Positions 59,506 to 64,000 of a DNA stretch of 64,000 bases are shown here, piece after piece. Positions within the stretch are counted from its first letter, which is position 1. The number at the start of each line of letters is the position of its first letter. Origin of the DNA: Bdellovibrionota bacterium FG-1 (lineage in GTDB: Bacteria > Bdellovibrionota > UBA1018). The notes under the pieces were generated by a model. The model had not been told where the DNA came from and did no database searches. It saw nothing but the letters and a program-made list of their open reading frames with translations. The stretch covers positions 1-64,000 of the forward strand of contig JBBCAW010000062.1 of assembly GCA_051382295.1 (NCBI GenBank), read 5' to 3'. The translations under genes and the position numbers were made by a program.

Positions 59506-60330
59506 CTACGGTTTTGGGGAGGGCTCACTGGAACGACCGACCAGAGCGTTTTTCTCGACTTCGGCGGCTTCGCGCTCTTCACTGGTCGCCTCGGCAGACC
59601 GCCTGAGCCCCATCCAGTGAACCACCCAAATGGAGCACTCGTAAAGTAGAACCAACGGCCCCCCCAACAAGAGCATGGAAACCGCGTCGGGTGGCGCAAA
59701 GAGGGCCGACACCACTGTAATTAAAATAATAGCCATTCGGCGTTGCTTACGGAGCATGGGTGCATCCACCACACCCAAAAAACCTAATAAGCACACCAAA
59801 ACAGGGAGTTCAAACGACATCCCAAAAAGCAACAGAAGCTTAAGCACGGTGCCATAGTAGGAATCTATGGTCAGCATGGGAACATCCGAGGGGGAGCCGT
59901 AATGCACGAAGTAATCAAATCCCACCGGCATGAGAACAAAATAAGCAAAGCCGGCCCCTGCCGCAAAAAAGAAGGTCGCCGCCCCCACAAAGGGGAACAC
60001 CAACCGACGCTCTTTGGGATAAAGCCCCGGCGCGATAAAGCCCCATATTTGGAAGAAAAAATAAGGAGAAAGAAAAAAGAGGGACGCGTACCCCGAAATT
60101 TTAAGATGGGTCAAAAAGTTCTCAAAAAGACTCGTAAAATATAACTTTCGTTGCTCCGGCGGCAGCGCATTAAAAAGCGGCCTACGCAAAACAGCCAGCA
60201 TGGGTTCTGAAACAAAATAGAGGGCAACAAATCCGCCCATAAATACCCAGAGCGAACGGATCAATCTGACCCGTAATTCCTCCAAGTGACTATAAAAGCT
60301 CATGCTCTTCACGTTATTCTCTTGAGACAT
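59506..60330 (-). CDS. tatC: Twin-arginine translocase TatC
   Basis: HLEELRVRL, FIAPGLY..E, FELP, PPD. Confidence 0.95.
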   Translation of the reverse strand: MSQENNVKSMSFYSHLEELRVRLIRSLWVFMGGFVALYFVSEPMLAVLRRPLFNALPPEQRKLYFTSLFENFLTHLKISGYASLFFLSPYFFFQIWGFIAPGLYPKERRLVFPFVGAATFFFAAGAGFAYFVLMPVGFDYFVHYGSPSDVPMLTIDSYYGTVLKLLLLFGMSFELPVLVCLLGFLGVVDAPMLRKQRRMAIILITVVSALFAPPDAVSMLLLGGPLVLLYECSIWVVHWMGLRRSAEATSEEREAAEVEKNALVGRSSEPSPKP

Positions 60331-60390
60331 CCTGAGTTGGGAGTAGAAGGTATAGCTTTGAGTTTCAAGTAGAAATGGAGTGATCTATCC

Positions 60391-61047
60391 ATGCGTCACC
60401 GGATACTGCCGGCTTTGTTCGTCATAATATTGTGTGTTTTCGTTGCCTTAGGTGTTGTTTTTGCTCGCAAAAACACCGTTCGCGAAAGCGCCGTGCAACC
60501 TGCCCTTCCCATCGCAACCCCTTCGGTTGTGGCACTGACCTCACCTACTCCGTCACCGTCCACCACCGTTGCTCCAACCCCCAATCCATCACCGGATCTG
60601 AGCGTCGATCCGAGCGGACTCTCTAATGCAACAGTCGTGATCACGACGACCCAGGGGGTTATCAAATTTAAGTTCTACCCCCAGGACGCCCCCAACACGA
60701 TTCAACGTTTAATCGTACTGATGAATCAGGGTTTTTATAATGGACTGGTCTTTCACCGGGTTGTGCCCGGATTTGTTATTCAAACGGGCGACCCCCTGGG
60801 CAATGGGACCGGCGGAAGCGGACAGAAACTCAAAGCCGAGTTTAATAACCGCCGCCACATAGAAGGTACCGTCGCGATGGCGCGAGCTCAAGACCCAGAT
60901 TCGGCGGATTCGCAATTCTATATCAGCCTAGGGACCCTACCTCACCTCGATCACGGCTACACGGTGTTTGGGCAGGTGATTGAGGGGATGGACGTCGCAA
61001 AGAAGATCAAGATCGGGGATAAAATGACCTCGGTGAGAATTGAGTAG
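60391..61047 (+). CDS. Membrane-anchored cyclophilin-type PPIase
   Basis: FHRVVPGFVIQTGDP, AMAR, SQFYI, YTVFGQV. Confidence 0.93.
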   Translation: MRHRILPALFVIILCVFVALGVVFARKNTVRESAVQPALPIATPSVVALTSPTPSPSTTVAPTPNPSPDLSVDPSGLSNATVVITTTQGVIKFKFYPQDAPNTIQRLIVLMNQGFYNGLVFHRVVPGFVIQTGDPLGNGTGGSGQKLKAEFNNRRHIEGTVAMARAQDPDSADSQFYISLGTLPHLDHGYTVFGQVIEGMDVAKKIKIGDKMTSVRIE

Positions 61048-61054
61048 CCCCGCC

Positions 61055-62314
61055 CTAACTCAGGTTTTCGAGATAATTTAGGTCTTTTCCAAACGTTTCC
61101 TTCAGTCCGAAAAGAGCAACTGCCGCGATTACGAGCGTGACCGCACCAACGACCATCGCACTCCAGAGCATGGCCAATGGATCTGAGGTGCCGGCCCATC
61201 CTGCCGCGCGGATTAAACCTACCCCCGCTTGAAATGCCAGTGTAACCGGTACGACCGCTCCTCGAACAAAATTAGGTGCGGTGGTTGTAACGGTGGCTCG
61301 TAAATTAGTCCCGAATTGCTCCGAGGCCACTGTCACAAAAACTGCCCAGTAACCGGTAGCAAAACCCAGGGCGGTACAAAGTCCATAGAAGGCCATGGGA
61401 GAGATGCCCCGCAAAGTTCCATAAGCGATGACAAAAGAGGTCGTTAAAAACAAAAAAATTCCCAAAATTTTGCGACGACTTTGAAAATACTGGCTCAAAA
61501 ACCCGCTCGCAAAATCGCCAAAAATCAATCCGATGTAGCAATATTTGATGCTTTGCCCCCCTTTAATGGGACCAGTGACAGCTAAAGCCCGACTGAGTTC
61601 AGGCGAAAACGTAATCAGAATGCCAATCACATACCAGATGGGCACGCCGACCAAAATACAGCACAAATACCGCTGGAACCGTTCACGGTGCGTAAAAAGG
61701 GCGATAAAATCCCCTCTTTTAACGTGGGCATCTGCAGCCATGTGTTCAAACATTCCGGAGTCGCTCAATTGAACTCGCAAAAGCAACAAAAAGAGACCCA
61801 AGCATCCCCCCATCACATAGGCCGCCTGCCAGGATAATGTGTCGCCCACCCAAGCAGCAAACACCGCGCCCGATACGCCCACGGTCGCGACAAGGGTAGC
61901 ACCCCATCCACGAGTTTCTTTAGGCATGATTTCGCTAATCAAAGTGATGGCCGCCCCGAGTTCACCGGCGAGCCCCACTCCCGCCAGAAATCGCAAAAGA
62001 GTATAGGCTGGCACACTGGTCACTAGCGCATTGCCAAGATTTGCCAGGGAGTAGAGAAGGATGGAGCCAAATAAAACCGAGAGTCTACCGCGCTTGTCAC
62101 CGAGTACGCCCCAAAGCACGCCACCCACAAGCATCCCCGCCATCTGCGCATTCAGCAGCCAAACGCCCGTGGAGAGAATCTCACTTTCGGGAGTGCCCAG
62201 TCCTCTGAGGCTCGGCACTCGGACGATACTAAAGAGGACTAAATCGTAAATGTCGACAAAGTAGCCAAGTGAAGCCACCAGAAGGGTAAAGAGAATTTTA
62301 CGACGATCACTCAT
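61055..62314 (-). CDS. MFS transporter
   Basis: GVLGDKRGR motif A, RFLAGVGLAGE, EQFGTNLRAT. Confidence 0.9.
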   Translation of the reverse strand: MSDRRKILFTLLVASLGYFVDIYDLVLFSIVRVPSLRGLGTPESEILSTGVWLLNAQMAGMLVGGVLWGVLGDKRGRLSVLFGSILLYSLANLGNALVTSVPAYTLLRFLAGVGLAGELGAAITLISEIMPKETRGWGATLVATVGVSGAVFAAWVGDTLSWQAAYVMGGCLGLFLLLLRVQLSDSGMFEHMAADAHVKRGDFIALFTHRERFQRYLCCILVGVPIWYVIGILITFSPELSRALAVTGPIKGGQSIKYCYIGLIFGDFASGFLSQYFQSRRKILGIFLFLTTSFVIAYGTLRGISPMAFYGLCTALGFATGYWAVFVTVASEQFGTNLRATVTTTAPNFVRGAVVPVTLAFQAGVGLIRAAGWAGTSDPLAMLWSAMVVGAVTLVIAAVALFGLKETFGKDLNYLENLS

Positions 62315-62343
62315 GCGGTAGGCATATAGCGGATGTCGGTCAT

Positions 62344-63144
62344 CTACACCTCAAAAAAATCCATCAGCACGGCAAAAGGGGCTTGTTCTGGCGACTTTTC
62401 GACGATTGGCTCGATATCTTGAAGGAGTTGAAGCATCATCGAGCGAATTCGCTCGGCATCGACGCGCGAGATTCCAAACAGGGCCGAATAGTGAAGGGGC
62501 TGACCTTTCGGACTTTCGATCGCACTGAGAGCTTTGACCCGCCAATTGCTATGGTGACGCGGAAGAAGGGGCGATGAAGTCCCGAGATGAATTCGACCGG
62601 TCCCAATGGAAAGCTTGCCGCCCTTTTCTTTAACCAGGCCTCGTTGAATCAAGAAACGGAGCCCCTTTTCAACCAGCTCTGGAGCAAGACCTAACCGCTC
62701 AATGATGGCTTCGCTAGTTTGAGTGCCCGGCAACGCGCTCAGAATGTGAATCGCGCCATACCACCAGGCACTGTAATAAGTGACCTGATCGTCTAAACCG
62801 AGTTCGTTTTTAACCCCGATGCGCTCTTTGACTAACTGGCGTTTTTGCAAAATGGCGTCGGCCTGCGCTTGAAAAAATCGTTCGAGTTCTTTGGACCCTG
62901 CTTTGTCTTTTTGAACCAAGAGCATGAAGAACTGACTTTCTTCAGCGGTGTGCCTGAAAAACTCTGAGGTTTTTAGCGCATGTTCCAGACTCAATTGCGA
63001 CTTTCCACTCAGGACCTGCGACACAAACGAGGTCTGGCACTGAAGATGTCGCGCAAGGCGCGCCCGTCCCCCTTTTTGCAGGGTCTCTTGGTTCATTTGG
63101 GCGATGAGGTAGTCTCGATAATGATTAAAATCAAAGAGGGCCAT
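62344..63144 (-). CDS. TIGR02147/DUF4423-like HTH protein
   Basis: FDFNHYRDYL, LARHLQCQTSFVSQVLSGK, YYSAWWY.AIH, HHSNWR. Confidence 0.8.
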   Translation of the reverse strand: MALFDFNHYRDYLIAQMNQETLQKGGRARLARHLQCQTSFVSQVLSGKSQLSLEHALKTSEFFRHTAEESQFFMLLVQKDKAGSKELERFFQAQADAILQKRQLVKERIGVKNELGLDDQVTYYSAWWYGAIHILSALPGTQTSEAIIERLGLAPELVEKGLRFLIQRGLVKEKGGKLSIGTGRIHLGTSSPLLPRHHSNWRVKALSAIESPKGQPLHYSALFGISRVDAERIRSMMLQLLQDIEPIVEKSPEQAPFAVLMDFFEV

Positions 63145-63271
63145 ATTAAGTAATTACTACCTGATTGCGTTAATTTTTCACTACATTTATCTATCGAGCT
63201 TAAAAAATTCAAAGCAAACTCATTTCAAGAAGAGCATTGACCACTTGGATAACAGGGGAGAAAACACGATT

Positions 63272-64000
63272 ATGGGCATCTGGAAAAATGGATTGGGAAT
63301 CGCAGCAGTTTCACTGGGCCTTTTGATGGGGCTAAACGCTCATGCGGGCGTAGGGACAAGTGGCGGGGGTGCCGTCGCGGTTTGTCGAGATGCAGCTGGA
63401 CATATTCAATCGGCAGAATTACTAGATCTGTACGAGGGCAAGGTCAGGTTTGGAATGACGATTGATCAGTCCGCAACCGACCCAAACCAGGGGTTTTTAC
63501 GGGCGGTCTCTCGCTTTGTAGACCAACCTTATTACGGAGCCTTGATCCGCGAATCCGCCAAAGACGTGCTCGAACGAATGGTGTTTTTGCCACCAGGAGT
63601 GGGACTTTCGCCGGGAGTGGACCTCGGAAACGACTACGGTGTGGTGATTCCAGATGGGTGTCGCCTCGAGTATGTGGGCTACTACGAATCGGATGGGACG
63701 CTCAAGGTTGCGCAGCCCGTTTACCGAGCCTTAAGTGCGACTGATCGCGCGGCTTTTGTGATCCACGAAGCGGTTTACAAAATCGCGAGAGAATACCTCG
63801 GCCAAACCGATTCGAGCCATTCACGGAAATTTACGGCGGCCCTTTTTGCGGGGAATAATTCGGAGGGGGATCTGATTCATTTGGCGCAGGAGGTGTTTCC
63901 GATTCAAGAAGGTGATTCTCTCATTGTTCTTCCCAAAAACCTTTCTCATTCAATTGAGGTGATCCAAACCCCACAAGACAGCCAGGTTCTAATACACTAC
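63272..64000 (+). CDS. Secreted protein (partial, runs off the window)
   Basis: Not in the ORF track. GGGGAG SD; hand translation MGIWKNG...AHA|GVGTSGGGAVAVC...SAELLDLYEG...AAFVIHEAVY; open to the end. Confidence 0.75.
   Translation, partial: MGIWKNGLGIAAVSLGLLMGLNAHAGVGTSGGGAVAVCRDAAGHIQSAELLDLYEGKVRFGMTIDQSATDPNQGFLRAVSRFVDQPYYGALIRESAKDVLERMVFLPPGVGLSPGVDLGNDYGVVIPDGCRLEYVGYYESDGTLKVAQPVYRALSATDRAAFVIHEAVYKIAREYLGQTDSSHSRKFTAALFAGNNSEGDLIHLAQEVFPIQEGDSLIVLPKNLSHSIEVIQTPQDSQVLIHY

Noticed and set aside
29701..63144. Numerous short antisense or overlapping ORFs in the ORF track
   Set aside because: Shadows of well-supported genes, with no motifs or ribosome-binding sites.

Overview
Bacterial chromosomal window. 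Gene content (TIGR02147-like regulator, pilB-pilT-pilC, rpsF-rpsR-DUF2232-rplI-dnaB, large unique lipoproteins) suggests Bdellovibrionota/Oligoflexia; this is an inference. About 29.7-64 kb is mostly core: pilB/T/C plus a receiver-less PilR-like activator, ribF, ParA-like ATPase, GSIII, a MoxR-Bat operon, dnaB, ribosomal proteins, tatC, a cyclophilin and an MFS. About 0-29.6 kb is a hypervariable region around the type IV pilin gene, full of toxin-antitoxin, ATPase-nuclease, Fic, SNF2 and AbiE-like genes and deletion-eroded remnants. Main finding: seven co-oriented copies of a 35-bp element (GGTAYCMGSTTACTTC followed by a TGATGC-N5-GCRTCA hairpin) between 5569 and 18002 split the region into gene-sized cassettes. 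The copies abut or supply gene stop codons, and two of them show left/right-half exchange across the TTACTTC core. This looks like an integron-like cassette array with a site I do not recognise as attC, dif or CRISPR; no recombinase is present in the window. A second, separate stack of insertions is delimited by three diverged copies of the pilA terminator region, and includes an MFS::solute-binding fusion / double methyltransferase / histidine kinase operon. All family calls come from motif recognition by eye; no database searches were run.
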